Positions 8,569-18,085 of a DNA stretch of 64,000 bases are shown one piece after another (position 1 is the stretch's first letter; every line of letters starts with the position of its first letter). Location of the stretch: NCBI GenBank assembly GCA_965267575.1, contig OZ254086.1, positions 4,000,001 to 4,064,000 on the forward strand, in the 5' to 3' direction. Under the pieces are notes generated by a model. That model saw only the letters and a program-made list of their open reading frames with translations, did not search any database and was not told the origin of the DNA. The DNA comes from Calditrichales bacterium (lineage in GTDB: Bacteria > Calditrichota > Calditrichia > Calditrichales > J004). Both the position numbers and the translations under genes were made by a program.

Positions 8569-9897
8569 TTAAATAGTGTCAATCTCCTGCCACTGGCCTG
8601 ATACCAATTGCCACTGGAAATATGCTTTTAAGTAGTTAAATCGTGCTGTCAGTAAGCTCACCTTGGCCTGGTCCAGAAAGACGCGGCTGTCTTTCACCTC
8701 AAGCTGTGTGGCCAGTCCGTTTTCAAGACGTGCTTCCGCTATATCAAATGCGCGGGTGGCTGCATCCACGCTCTTTTGCGCGGATTCGATCTCTTTGCGG
8801 GCCTCGCGCAGGCTAAGCATCACATTTTTGAGCTGCACACGGATTTGATCTTCCGTCTGGGAAAGCCGCGTATCGCTTTTGCGCACATCAATGCGGGCTT
8901 TCTGCACCTGTGCGTTAGTATATCCGCCGCTGAAAAGGGGGATATTCAGTCGCAGGCCCACCACGTAGTTGTCATAGTCGTTTTCAATTTTCAGCTCATC
9001 CGATCGCCCGGAATAGGTATAAGTAAAAGTGCCGGATAACGTCGGCAGGTGATTGGCAAATTCCAGGCTCACGTTTTTATCACGCAGATCGCGCTCCAGT
9101 TGCAGAGCGCGGAAGTCCAGGCGGTTTTCGAAAACCGATTGCAGATCCGGTTCATCCGGCATCGGCGGAATGCTTTCGTAGGCATCGCTCAACTCAATTT
9201 CTTCATCCAGCGGTATGTCCAGCATGGTTTTGAGATTGTTTACCGCCAGTTCATAATTTTTCTCAGCCGCCAGCGTTTTGGGGATGGCATTACGCCAGCG
9301 CACTTCCGCCTGCAGCAAATCAAACTCCGAAGTAACGCCGCTTTCGTAACGCGTCTTGGTCTCTTCGTAGTTTTCCAGGGCGCTTTGCTCAGACTCCGTC
9401 GTGACCTTTAAAATCTCATGGGAGAGCAAAGCGTCGTAATAGGCTTCTTTCACCTTTGTCAAAATCGTCCGCCGCTGATGGTCATAATTCTGATTTGTAA
9501 AATCGTCAAACTTATAAGCTATTTGCAGAGCCTTGCCCACTTTATAACTCAGCAGCGTCTGCTCAAGCTTTGCCGTCAGCGAGTATTCATTCTTAAACGT
9601 AAAAGAAATTCTGTTCGAACCGCCAAAACCTTCATCCGCGTTGATAAAGAAAAAGGTCTCCTTAAGGTTTCGGCTGTAATTCACATCGGCCGTTACCAGA
9701 GGCAAAGCCGTGGACCATGCTTCGCTGACCTGGGCATCGGCATAATCCAGTTCGGCCCGGGCAAGCTTCAGCTCATCATTGTTTTCCTCGGCCATTTTTA
9801 ACGCACTGCTCAAACTCAAATCACGTGAGAAAACGATTGTTAAACCACCCAGGACAATCAGAACAACTGCTAAAAACAATCTATTTTCCGTTACCAT
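8569..9897 (-). CDS. TolC-family outer-membrane efflux protein
   Basis: Signal peptide, OEP repeats (RYESGVTSEFDLLQAE, LNIPLFSGG, RLENGLATQLEV), position in RND operon. Confidence 0.92.
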   Translation of the reverse strand: MVTENRLFLAVVLIVLGGLTIVFSRDLSLSSALKMAEENNDELKLARAELDYADAQVSEAWSTALPLVTADVNYSRNLKETFFFINADEGFGGSNRISFTFKNEYSLTAKLEQTLLSYKVGKALQIAYKFDDFTNQNYDHQRRTILTKVKEAYYDALLSHEILKVTTESEQSALENYEETKTRYESGVTSEFDLLQAEVRWRNAIPKTLAAEKNYELAVNNLKTMLDIPLDEEIELSDAYESIPPMPDEPDLQSVFENRLDFRALQLERDLRDKNVSLEFANHLPTLSGTFTYTYSGRSDELKIENDYDNYVVGLRLNIPLFSGGYTNAQVQKARIDVRKSDTRLSQTEDQIRVQLKNVMLSLREARKEIESAQKSVDAATRAFDIAEARLENGLATQLEVKDSRVFLDQAKVSLLTARFNYLKAYFQWQLVSGQWQEIDTI

Positions 9898-10498
9898 GCA
9901 TGTCTCCTTTCAAACCGCTAAGAATAAAGCGGATCACCGTTTTAATAATGATCGTAGCATCCTTTTTCTCTACCCTTCTTACCCAGTCCAGGTTGAGAAA
10001 ACGCGTCATGTTCACAATGCTGCGAACTGTCATTTCCAAGTTGTCAATTTTAAATTCACCGTTTTGCTGACCTTTTTGCAGGATGGGCCTTATTTTGTCG
10101 CCCTGCATTGTTTGGATCGTTTCCGCAATCTGTGCGCCGTGAAAAGCGTGCTCACAAATAACATCCGGTACTTCGGGCATATCTCCTGCAATCCGGTTCA
10201 TACCTTCGTATAGGATCATGTAAAAGCGCTCCAGGCGTTCGGCGCAATTTTCGACATTGTTCAGCTTTTTTTCGATTGAAGTCATAAACGCAGAGGCCTC
10301 TTCCAGCAATATCTCCTGGAATAGCGACTGCTTATTGTCGTAATAATAATAGAGCGCCGGTTTGGTAAGACCACATTGCCGCGCTATGTCGGTCATATTG
10401 GTTTTATTAAAGCCAAAGTGCAGGAATAATCTGCGCGCTGCTTCCTTTATCTGTTTGCGCTTGCTATTATCAGTTACTGTATTTTCCATAATTGCCAT
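9881..10498 (-). CDS. TetR/AcrR family transcriptional regulator
   Basis: IKEAARRLFLHFGFNKTNMTDIARQCGLTKPALYYYYDNKQSLF HTH. Start likely ATG 10498 or 10489 rather than 10531. Confidence 0.92.
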   Translation of the reverse strand: MAIMENTVTDNSKRKQIKEAARRLFLHFGFNKTNMTDIARQCGLTKPALYYYYDNKQSLFQEILLEEASAFMTSIEKKLNNVENCAERLERFYMILYEGMNRIAGDMPEVPDVICEHAFHGAQIAETIQTMQGDKIRPILQKGQQNGEFKIDNLEMTVRSIVNMTRFLNLDWVRRVEKKDATIIIKTVIRFILSGLKGDMHGNGK

Positions 10499-10505
10499 TT
10501 TATCT

Positions 10506-10533
10506 ATTTGACTATTTCCATAAAAGGTCAAAT
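10506..10533. promoter_or_regulatory. Candidate TetR operator
   Basis: Perfect 7-bp inverted repeat ATTTGAC-N14-GTCAAAT immediately upstream of the tetR start. Confidence 0.55.
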
Positions 10534-10660
10534 GTAAAGTATAAAACTTTAAAATTAAAAATTTTATTTGCCCGACTACGGGAGGATTTTCTTTTTGTTT
10601 TTAAAAAATATGTTTTTTATGTTTCATGGCAGTTAGTTCAACTAGTAAATTAACCGCCAC

Positions 10661-11956
10661 ATGCATAGCAAAATCCTTATCTCGTGCTGTGCCCTGATGC
10701 TTCTGATGGCTTGCAGGGCGCACAATCCCGTACCTGAATCCCCCGCTCCCCGAGAAACTGAAACAACCACCAAACCACCCAGCGAGAAAAAAGAAAAAAT
10801 GGTCGTAAAAAGCGGTCTGGAAAATTTTCTTGCAAACCATCTCGACAAGCTGGCCGGTAAACGCGTTGGCCTGGTAACCAATCCCAGCGGCGTAAACCAC
10901 AAGCTGGAAAGCAGCGCCGACCTCTTTTTTAAACACCCGGATATAAATTTAACGGCACTTTACGGACCGGAACACGGGATTCGCGGAGCAATCCACGCTG
11001 GCGAGCACGTGGAAAACATGACCGATCCCAAAACCGGGCTTCCCGTATACAGCCTTTACGGCAAAACGCGTAAACCGACAAAAGAGATGCTCGATGACGT
11101 GGATATCATGATCGTTGATATTCAGGACGTCGGCGTGCGCAGCTACACATACATTTACACGATGGCCATGGTTATGGAAGCCTGCGCCAAACATGGCAAG
11201 CAGGTAATCGTGCTGGATCGTCCTAACCCGCTGGGCGGCGCCATTGTGGAAGGAAATATTGTACATGAAGGCTTCTTTTCATTTGTAGGCCTTTATCCCC
11301 TGGCCTATCGCCACGGCATGACCATTGGCGAACTTGCGCTGCTGTTCAACAGCGAGTACGATATAAACTGCGACCTGACCGTTATCCCGCTGCAAAACTG
11401 GGAACGTAACATGCTGTTCGATGAGACCGGTTTGCCCTGGGTGCCCACATCGCCGCACGTACCACATTGGGAAACAACCCTGCACATGTGCGCCACAGGC
11501 ACATTCGGCGAGCTGCATACGCTCTTCCATGGCGTGGGTTACACTTCGCCGTTTGAAATTGTTGGCGGGCCCTGGATAAAAGACGCCGATGCATACGCCA
11601 GGGCTTTGAACGATCTGAATTTGCCCGGCGTTATTTTCCGGCCGATAACATTTAAGCCTTACTACCTCTTTTATCAGGGCGAGGTGTGCCACGGTGCACA
11701 ATTGCACATCACTGATGCCAAGGCTTTCCGGCCGTTTGTTGCCGGTTTGCATATTATGCAGGTAACCATGCGCATGTACCCCGATTACGATCTGTTTCAA
11801 AACACGAGGCGTGTGGGCAGTTTTAACAAGGTAATGGGTACCGACCGCATCATGGAGGATCTTAAAGGCGGCAAAGATGTGAGCACCATGCAGGAAGAAT
11901 GGCAGGCGGAGCTGCAGGCATTTCTAAAAATCCGCGACAAATATTTATTGTATTGA
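10661..11956 (+). CDS. namZ: Exo-beta-N-acetylmuramidase NamZ (YbbC/DUF1343), lipoprotein
   Basis: Lipobox LMAC; GLVTNPSG, ALYGPEHGIRG, DIQDVGVRSYTY, LDRPNP, RHGMTIGELA, WVPTSP. Confidence 0.9.
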   Translation: MHSKILISCCALMLLMACRAHNPVPESPAPRETETTTKPPSEKKEKMVVKSGLENFLANHLDKLAGKRVGLVTNPSGVNHKLESSADLFFKHPDINLTALYGPEHGIRGAIHAGEHVENMTDPKTGLPVYSLYGKTRKPTKEMLDDVDIMIVDIQDVGVRSYTYIYTMAMVMEACAKHGKQVIVLDRPNPLGGAIVEGNIVHEGFFSFVGLYPLAYRHGMTIGELALLFNSEYDINCDLTVIPLQNWERNMLFDETGLPWVPTSPHVPHWETTLHMCATGTFGELHTLFHGVGYTSPFEIVGGPWIKDADAYARALNDLNLPGVIFRPITFKPYYLFYQGEVCHGAQLHITDAKAFRPFVAGLHIMQVTMRMYPDYDLFQNTRRVGSFNKVMGTDRIMEDLKGGKDVSTMQEEWQAELQAFLKIRDKYLLY

Positions 11957-11971
11957 TGACAGGAGAACACA

Positions 11972-13519
11972 ATGCACCAAAACAGCATTTCTTTTTTGTG
12001 CTTTTACGATGAGCACGCCAAAAATAACCGGCAACAATTTGAAGAAACACTGCAAAGCATAAAAGACCAGCCCAACAGCAAAAGCCAAATCCTTATTTTA
12101 AATGACAGCGGAAGCGATTTTAAAGCCGACGGCGCGGAAGTTTTGAAGCAATCTGCAGAAGCCACGCTGGGTGAAAGAATTAATGCGGCCCTTGATAAAG
12201 CGACCGGCGATTACGTCGTTTTGGCCGACAACCGAAACTGCGCAATCACTTTTAAAAGAGGCTTTACGGACCTGGCGGTGCTGGCCTGCTCGCGGCACAA
12301 AAGCCCGGGTATGGTTTATGGTGATTACGAATTACACCAGGCAGGTAAAAAAGATGAAATACGTCTTCTGAAAAACCACATCGGCCGCGTGCGCGACAAC
12401 CAGGATTTCGGGCGTGTTTTCTTTATGCCCGCCAAAGCGCTGAAGGCCGTAAATGGTTGTAATGCCGATCTTAAATTCAATACGCTTTACGACTTACGAC
12501 TACGCCTTTCCCAAAAGCATGAGCTCATTCACGTGGCCAACCGCTACGCCGGGTCCCTGTACAGCGTTATCGCCGAGAGCAAAAAGCATAATGTTTTTGA
12601 TTACCTGATGGCCGGCAAAGACAGTCAGCTGGAAGCCGAGGAAGTTTTGACCAAACATCTAAAAGCCATCGGCGGTTATCTGGCCCCCGGCGCCCATTAT
12701 GGCAACCGGCCTCAACCGCCAAAAGATGCCGAACTCAACGCATCGGTGATCATACCGGTTAACAACCGCCCGGAATTCATCGGAACAGCCATTGAATCGG
12801 TGCAGGCCCAAACGGTTAAAGATGTGGAAGTGATTATTGTAGTCAATGGCGGAGAAGAGGATCCGACGATCAAGGCCGTAAAGCAATATATGAAAGGCGG
12901 ATCGAAGTATGACGCCGGTAAGCCTGCCGTACAACTGTTGGTTTACAACATAAACAATCTGGGGCTTTGCCTTAATATGGGTGCCCATGCTGCCCGCGGA
13001 CGTTACTACGTGCAGCTCGATTCCGATGACAGGCTGAAACCCGACGCCGTGGAAAAAATCCTGAAGGTTTATGATGACGATCCTAAAATCGGTATGGTGA
13101 TTGGTTCTTATGAAGTGTGGGAGAAAAAGGCTGACGGCAGCATGGTGCGCAATGAAAGCGTTCCCGTGGTTACGCACGATGAATGGACCGAAGAAAACGG
13201 TCGCAACAACCTGCTGCGCATCAACGGCGCCGGCGCTCCCCGTTCCATTCCGATTGAACTGATTCGGCAGCTTGGTTTTTCCGTGAACGAAGAACCCTAC
13301 GCGCGCAATTACGGCGAAGACTACGCCATGGTCTTGAGGCTCAGCGAGCAACACCGCATAGGCCGTGTTTGGGACGCCATTTATGATGTGGTGCGTCACG
13401 CCGGCGGCACGGACCACAGCATTGACCAGGCTACGATTGACCGCAATGATGAGGCCAAAGACTTTATGCGTCGCGAAGCGATCGAAAGGCGCATCAGGCT
13501 GAATGGCGGAAAATCATGA
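11972..13519 (+). CDS. Two-domain family-2 glycosyltransferase of the muropeptide-recycling cluster
   Basis: C-terminal GT2 domain (ASVIIPVNNR, YYVQLDSDD, YGEDYA); degenerate N-terminal GT-A domain. Confidence 0.85.
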   Translation: MHQNSISFLCFYDEHAKNNRQQFEETLQSIKDQPNSKSQILILNDSGSDFKADGAEVLKQSAEATLGERINAALDKATGDYVVLADNRNCAITFKRGFTDLAVLACSRHKSPGMVYGDYELHQAGKKDEIRLLKNHIGRVRDNQDFGRVFFMPAKALKAVNGCNADLKFNTLYDLRLRLSQKHELIHVANRYAGSLYSVIAESKKHNVFDYLMAGKDSQLEAEEVLTKHLKAIGGYLAPGAHYGNRPQPPKDAELNASVIIPVNNRPEFIGTAIESVQAQTVKDVEVIIVVNGGEEDPTIKAVKQYMKGGSKYDAGKPAVQLLVYNINNLGLCLNMGAHAARGRYYVQLDSDDRLKPDAVEKILKVYDDDPKIGMVIGSYEVWEKKADGSMVRNESVPVVTHDEWTEENGRNNLLRINGAGAPRSIPIELIRQLGFSVNEEPYARNYGEDYAMVLRLSEQHRIGRVWDAIYDVVRHAGGTDHSIDQATIDRNDEAKDFMRREAIERRIRLNGGKS

Positions 13520-14709
13520 GCAACACACTCCTGACGATTGGCGTTGACGGCGGCGCCACAAAAGTGAGTGCCTGGCAGGTACGTTTTAAAAGCGAAGACA
13601 GCTCTTTTTTCCTGGGAAAATCCAATTGCGAAACCCGCTACTCCAATATTCCCGGATTTATCCCCGACTTTAAGCCAGTTGACATTGGCCGGCAGCTGAA
13701 GGAATTCCAGCAAGACGACGTTCAACCCACCGACGCGGAAACGCAGCAAGCCTCTTGTTACATCGAAGCCTGCGCACAAGCCATTGAAGCGATCGCTGAA
13801 GAGACAAAATGCAAGCGCGTGCTGATTGGTTTGGGCATGCCCGGCCTTAAAACGGCTGACAAGCGCGGTATTGCGGTTGTGGCAAACGGACCGCGTATGG
13901 TGAATTACTGTAATCAACTGGAGCGACGTTTGGACAGTGCCGGTATTAAACTGGAAGCGCCGATCCATCATTTGGGAAGCGATGCCGACTACTGTGGCAT
14001 CGGCGAGAATTATGCCGCGGATGGCCTGTTCAGTGATGTAGAGAATGGTTATTATCTTGGCGGCGGCACGGGCGTAGCCGATGCCATGAAACTCGACGGC
14101 GAACTTGTCCCCTTCGATTTGATGAAAAGCTGGAATCCCAAAACATGGGAGCTCCAGGGTGACAACGGGCTTTCGCTGGAGCGTTTTATCTCCGCCGGCG
14201 GCATACAATCGCTTTACGCAAAACTGGCCGATCGGTCGGTGAGTGAACTGAACAGTGAGCAAATCTTTCCGCCACAGATCGCGGAAAAGGCCGTGGCAGG
14301 CGATAAGTCAGCACAGGAAACCTATCAGCTTGTGGCGCGGAACCTGGCGGCGTTGCTGCACGCGCGTATTGTGACGCTTTACAGAGGCTGGAATGATGCT
14401 TTTCCTTTCATGAACAGCGCGCGCGCGGCACTGGAAAAAACGCATGATCATCTGGGAAAGCTGTTTCAACGTATTATCATCGGGCAGAGGCTTGGCGACC
14501 TGATGACCACAACGGCGGGCGACCGCGTACTGACACAACCGGTTTTTAATGCCCTGGAGCATCATATCGCTGAAGACGATGCGCTCGACGATAAAGCCAA
14601 AAAACACTATAAAGACCTGACAAACATTATTTTCTTTTCCCGGCTGCGCGAGGCCCCGGCACTTGGTGCAGGAGTAGACGCCTTTTTCAGCTGGCAGGAC
14701 TATCAGTAA
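13516..14709 (+). CDS. ROK-family sugar kinase
   Basis: IGVDGGATK, GLGMPG, SDADYCGIGE, LGGGTGV, LERFISAGGI, APALGA. No CxC zinc motif, no HTH. Confidence 0.75.
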   Translation: MSNTLLTIGVDGGATKVSAWQVRFKSEDSSFFLGKSNCETRYSNIPGFIPDFKPVDIGRQLKEFQQDDVQPTDAETQQASCYIEACAQAIEAIAEETKCKRVLIGLGMPGLKTADKRGIAVVANGPRMVNYCNQLERRLDSAGIKLEAPIHHLGSDADYCGIGENYAADGLFSDVENGYYLGGGTGVADAMKLDGELVPFDLMKSWNPKTWELQGDNGLSLERFISAGGIQSLYAKLADRSVSELNSEQIFPPQIAEKAVAGDKSAQETYQLVARNLAALLHARIVTLYRGWNDAFPFMNSARAALEKTHDHLGKLFQRIIIGQRLGDLMTTTAGDRVLTQPVFNALEHHIAEDDALDDKAKKHYKDLTNIIFFSRLREAPALGAGVDAFFSWQDYQ

Positions 14710-14747
14710 GGCTTGCCTGTTTCGGGAATAATGTTAAATTCTGATCT

Positions 14748-16094
14748 ATGTTAAAACCCGACGTTATTCCCGGAAGGGAACCTGAAATCAATGTGGGCAT
14801 TATTTTGCCCGAAGACGGCTTCTCCTCCGTTACCCTGAATCTCCCCGAGACGGCTGCCTATACACTTTTCCTTAAGGATAATAAAAAAGTAAGCCTGCCG
14901 CCGGGAGAATGTTCTTTGGCGGTGCGTGATGAGACGCTCTTTCTCCAGACCATCAACGGCGAAGAACCTTTGCCGGACCGCGTGGTTTGCAAACCTCAAA
15001 AAATTACAGAAAAACTCAGCGCCCGTCAGGGCATACGCCTCTACCCCGTGATTGCCGGACGGGGCTTCCACTGGCAGAAACATATCGCTGTGTGCCTGCC
15101 CGACCAATTGCTTATCAAACGCCAAAAAGACCACCTGGTTATAATCAATGTGTTGCCGCTGGAACACTATGTGATGTGCGTGGCCACTTCAGAAATGGGT
15201 GCAGCCTGCCCCGAGGCGTTGATAGAATCACAGACAATCGCCGCACGCTCCTGGATGCTGGCCAATGTGGAACAGAAGCACCGGCACATGGAAATGGATG
15301 TCTGTAACGACGATTGCTGCCAGCGTTACCAGGGTACAACCTATTTGAGTCCGCAGTCCGTATCGGGTGCTCTGAATACTTCCGGGCAGGTGCTGATGAG
15401 CGGCAGCAAGATCTGTGACGCCCGTTATTCCAAGAGCTGCGGCGGTTTCATGGAACGTTTTGACGCCATCTGGCATGGCGAGGACCTGAGCTACCTGAAA
15501 GCACAACCCGACGCGCAGCACCCGCTGGCCGAGCTTGAGGGTCCGCTTAATGAAGAAGAGCATTTTCGGAAGTGGCTTTATTCAACACCGAAGGCTTACT
15601 GCAGTCCGCATTATATCGCAGAAGACAAGCTGCAAAAATACCTGGGCAGCGTGGACGAGGCCGGGCATTACTACCGCTGGCATGTGTCAGTTCCGCAAAA
15701 AGAAATGACCGAGACCATCAACCGCTTTTCAGGTATCCGGGCGCGTTGTATTCATGGTTTTAAAGTGATCCAGCGTGGTCAGTCCGGACGTATAAACCAG
15801 CTTCAGGTTTTCTTCACAAGCGAGGATAACAGCAAAGGCTCCCTGCTAATAACGAGCGAATACGATGTGCGGCGCAATCTTTCCGCGGCTTTCCTGTACA
15901 GTTCGGCTATAATTATCAAGCCCAAACCGCAGCAACAGGAATGTCCGGACAGTTTTGAAATTGACGGCGCCGGTTGGGGCCACGGGGTTGGCCTTTGCCA
16001 GATTGGCGCCCTGGGCATGGCCCTTAATAAATTCAGCACAAAAACGATCCTCGCCCATTATTACCCGGGCAGTTTACTGCAAAAAATTTACTGA
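14748..16094 (+). CDS. SpoIID/LytB domain protein (lytic transglycosylase/amidase enhancer)
   Basis: INVLPLEHYVMCVATSEM, ALIESQTIAARS, DVCNDDCCQRYQG, GAGWGHGVGLCQIGA, ILAHYYPG. Confidence 0.92.
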   Translation: MLKPDVIPGREPEINVGIILPEDGFSSVTLNLPETAAYTLFLKDNKKVSLPPGECSLAVRDETLFLQTINGEEPLPDRVVCKPQKITEKLSARQGIRLYPVIAGRGFHWQKHIAVCLPDQLLIKRQKDHLVIINVLPLEHYVMCVATSEMGAACPEALIESQTIAARSWMLANVEQKHRHMEMDVCNDDCCQRYQGTTYLSPQSVSGALNTSGQVLMSGSKICDARYSKSCGGFMERFDAIWHGEDLSYLKAQPDAQHPLAELEGPLNEEEHFRKWLYSTPKAYCSPHYIAEDKLQKYLGSVDEAGHYYRWHVSVPQKEMTETINRFSGIRARCIHGFKVIQRGQSGRINQLQVFFTSEDNSKGSLLITSEYDVRRNLSAAFLYSSAIIIKPKPQQQECPDSFEIDGAGWGHGVGLCQIGALGMALNKFSTKTILAHYYPGSLLQKIY

Positions 16095-16121
16095 TCGTAT
16101 AGACGACACATGGAGTGATTT

Positions 16122-17996
16122 ATGAGCAAGCCACAGCGTTCACCCTGGTTCTGGGTTCCCTCTCTCTACTACGCCGAAGGTTTGCCCTATATCGTTGTAA
16201 TGACCGTTTCGGTTATTATGTACAAGCGTCTGGGCATTTCCAACACCGATATCGCGCTGTATACCAGCTGGCTCTACCTGCCCTGGGTAATCAAGCCGTT
16301 GTGGAGCCCTGTTGTTGATATTCTTAAAACCAAGCGCTGGTGGATCGTTACCATGCAGCTTTTACTGGGCGCCGGTTTCGCCGGTGTGGCATTTATGCTG
16401 CCCCTGCCCTTTTTCTTCCAGGCTACGCTGGCTTTTCTGTGGCTGATGGCCTTTTCCAGCGCCACGCACGATATTGCCGCGGACGGTTTCTATATGCTGG
16501 GTCTCAGCGAACATGACCAGGCCTGGTTTGTGGGTGTACGAAGCACATTCTACCGCTTCGCCATGATCACAGGTCAGGGCCTGTTGATCATTCTTGCCGG
16601 CTATCTGGAAAGCACCACCGGCCTGCCACCGGTTGAAAATACCGTGATTAGCTCGCCGCAGGAAACGCGTGAAGCGATACGCCATCCGGACAGCATAGTC
16701 TTTGGTCAGATTCCCGATGAAGCTGAAGTGTTGATTGTTCCCGCTGAGCTTACCATTTCCACGGTGCCCCTGCCGAAATCGCGGCTGGACAGTATGGCCG
16801 CCTTTGTGGAGCAGTGGAATGAACAAAACAACCTTGTAGAGCAAGGCGAAGACGCTGCGACTGCCGCCGAGCAGGAGGCCGCCGCTGCCGAGGAATCCGG
16901 CTGGCTCAATTCGGCGCAAGCTTCGCTGGAAGAGTTTATCCGTACCTGGTTTGGCGAAGAGCAGGTACTTGCGGTTGCCGGTGACCGTGCCGGTAACACA
17001 GGTGTTTTTTATGTCCGGCTAAGTCAGAAACCTCCGGCGGATGATCCGGTGGTGGTCAACTTTGGCCGCAGCGAGGGCGATAAAAGTATTTCCCTGGTCA
17101 GTGAAGGGCGCTTTGTCTTTACCGAAGAAAACTGGGATGTGCCGGCCATGGCCCTGATTCAGCTCGATCCCAAGCTGAAAGAAGAGAGCAGCGCCGTTTT
17201 TGAAGCGCAGTCTGGCAATATACCGCTGGCCTGGAGCATCACCTTTTTCATTATGGCCGGGATGTTCGTGCTGTTTTTTATTTACCACAAATTCGTTCTG
17301 CCCTATCCCGCCGAGGACAAGGCCGCGCGTCGTTCGGAAAACTTTCTGCATGATTTCTGGCAAACTTTCCTGCTCTTTTTCAAAAAGAAAAGGATTGCCG
17401 CCATACTGGCCTTTTTGCTGCTTTACCGTTTTGCCGAAGCCCAGATCGTCAAAATGGCCTCACCGTTCCTGCTGGATATGCAGGAGGCCGGAGGCCTGGC
17501 GCTTACCACCGGCGAAGTGGGTTTTGTCTATGGCACAGTTGGTCTGATTTTCCTGACCATAGGCGGGCTGATCGGTGGCTTCGTTGCCGCCAAGCAAGGC
17601 TTAAAATTCTGGCTGTGGCCCATGGCCATTGCCATCAACCTACCCAACCTGGTTTATGTTGTGCTTAGCTATACACAGACGGACAGCTTTTTCTGGATCA
17701 ATGTGGCGGTGGCCATCGAGCAGTTTGGTTACGGATTCGGCTTTACGGCTTATATGTTGTATATGATATATGTTTCGCAAGGCGAGCATAAAACGGCCCA
17801 TTTCGCCATTACAACCGCCTTCATGGCGCTGGGCATGATGATACCGGGCATGTTCTCCGGGTGGCTGCAGGAGCTAATCGGCTACCAGCACTTCTTCGTC
17901 TGGGTAATGATTGCGACCATACCGGCGTTTTTGGTGCTCAGGCTAATCCCGCTGGATCCTGAATTTGGCAAAAAGAAAGAAGAAGCTCAGGGATAG
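16122..17996 (+). CDS. ampG: AmpG-family MFS muropeptide permease with a ~200-aa soluble insertion
   Basis: WVPSLYYAEGLPY, LPWVIKPLWSPVVD, SATHDIAADGFY, EQFGYGFGFTAYM; 624 aa, longer than a typical 12-TM AmpG. Confidence 0.88.
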   Translation: MSKPQRSPWFWVPSLYYAEGLPYIVVMTVSVIMYKRLGISNTDIALYTSWLYLPWVIKPLWSPVVDILKTKRWWIVTMQLLLGAGFAGVAFMLPLPFFFQATLAFLWLMAFSSATHDIAADGFYMLGLSEHDQAWFVGVRSTFYRFAMITGQGLLIILAGYLESTTGLPPVENTVISSPQETREAIRHPDSIVFGQIPDEAEVLIVPAELTISTVPLPKSRLDSMAAFVEQWNEQNNLVEQGEDAATAAEQEAAAAEESGWLNSAQASLEEFIRTWFGEEQVLAVAGDRAGNTGVFYVRLSQKPPADDPVVVNFGRSEGDKSISLVSEGRFVFTEENWDVPAMALIQLDPKLKEESSAVFEAQSGNIPLAWSITFFIMAGMFVLFFIYHKFVLPYPAEDKAARRSENFLHDFWQTFLLFFKKKRIAAILAFLLLYRFAEAQIVKMASPFLLDMQEAGGLALTTGEVGFVYGTVGLIFLTIGGLIGGFVAAKQGLKFWLWPMAIAINLPNLVYVVLSYTQTDSFFWINVAVAIEQFGYGFGFTAYMLYMIYVSQGEHKTAHFAITTAFMALGMMIPGMFSGWLQELIGYQHFFVWVMIATIPAFLVLRLIPLDPEFGKKKEEAQG

Positions 17997-18028
17997 GCTG
18001 AGCCACCCGCTGCATAATTTGTCACAAT

Positions 18029-18067
18029 AAAAAAAGTCCCCGTAACCTTTGAGGTGCGGGGACTTTT
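18029..18067. terminator. Bidirectional Rho-independent terminator
   Basis: AAAAGTCCCCGTA...TGCGGGGACTTTT stem flanked by A/T runs between convergent operons. Confidence 0.85.
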
Positions 18068-18085
18068 GCGTTTAGAATGTTCTGT

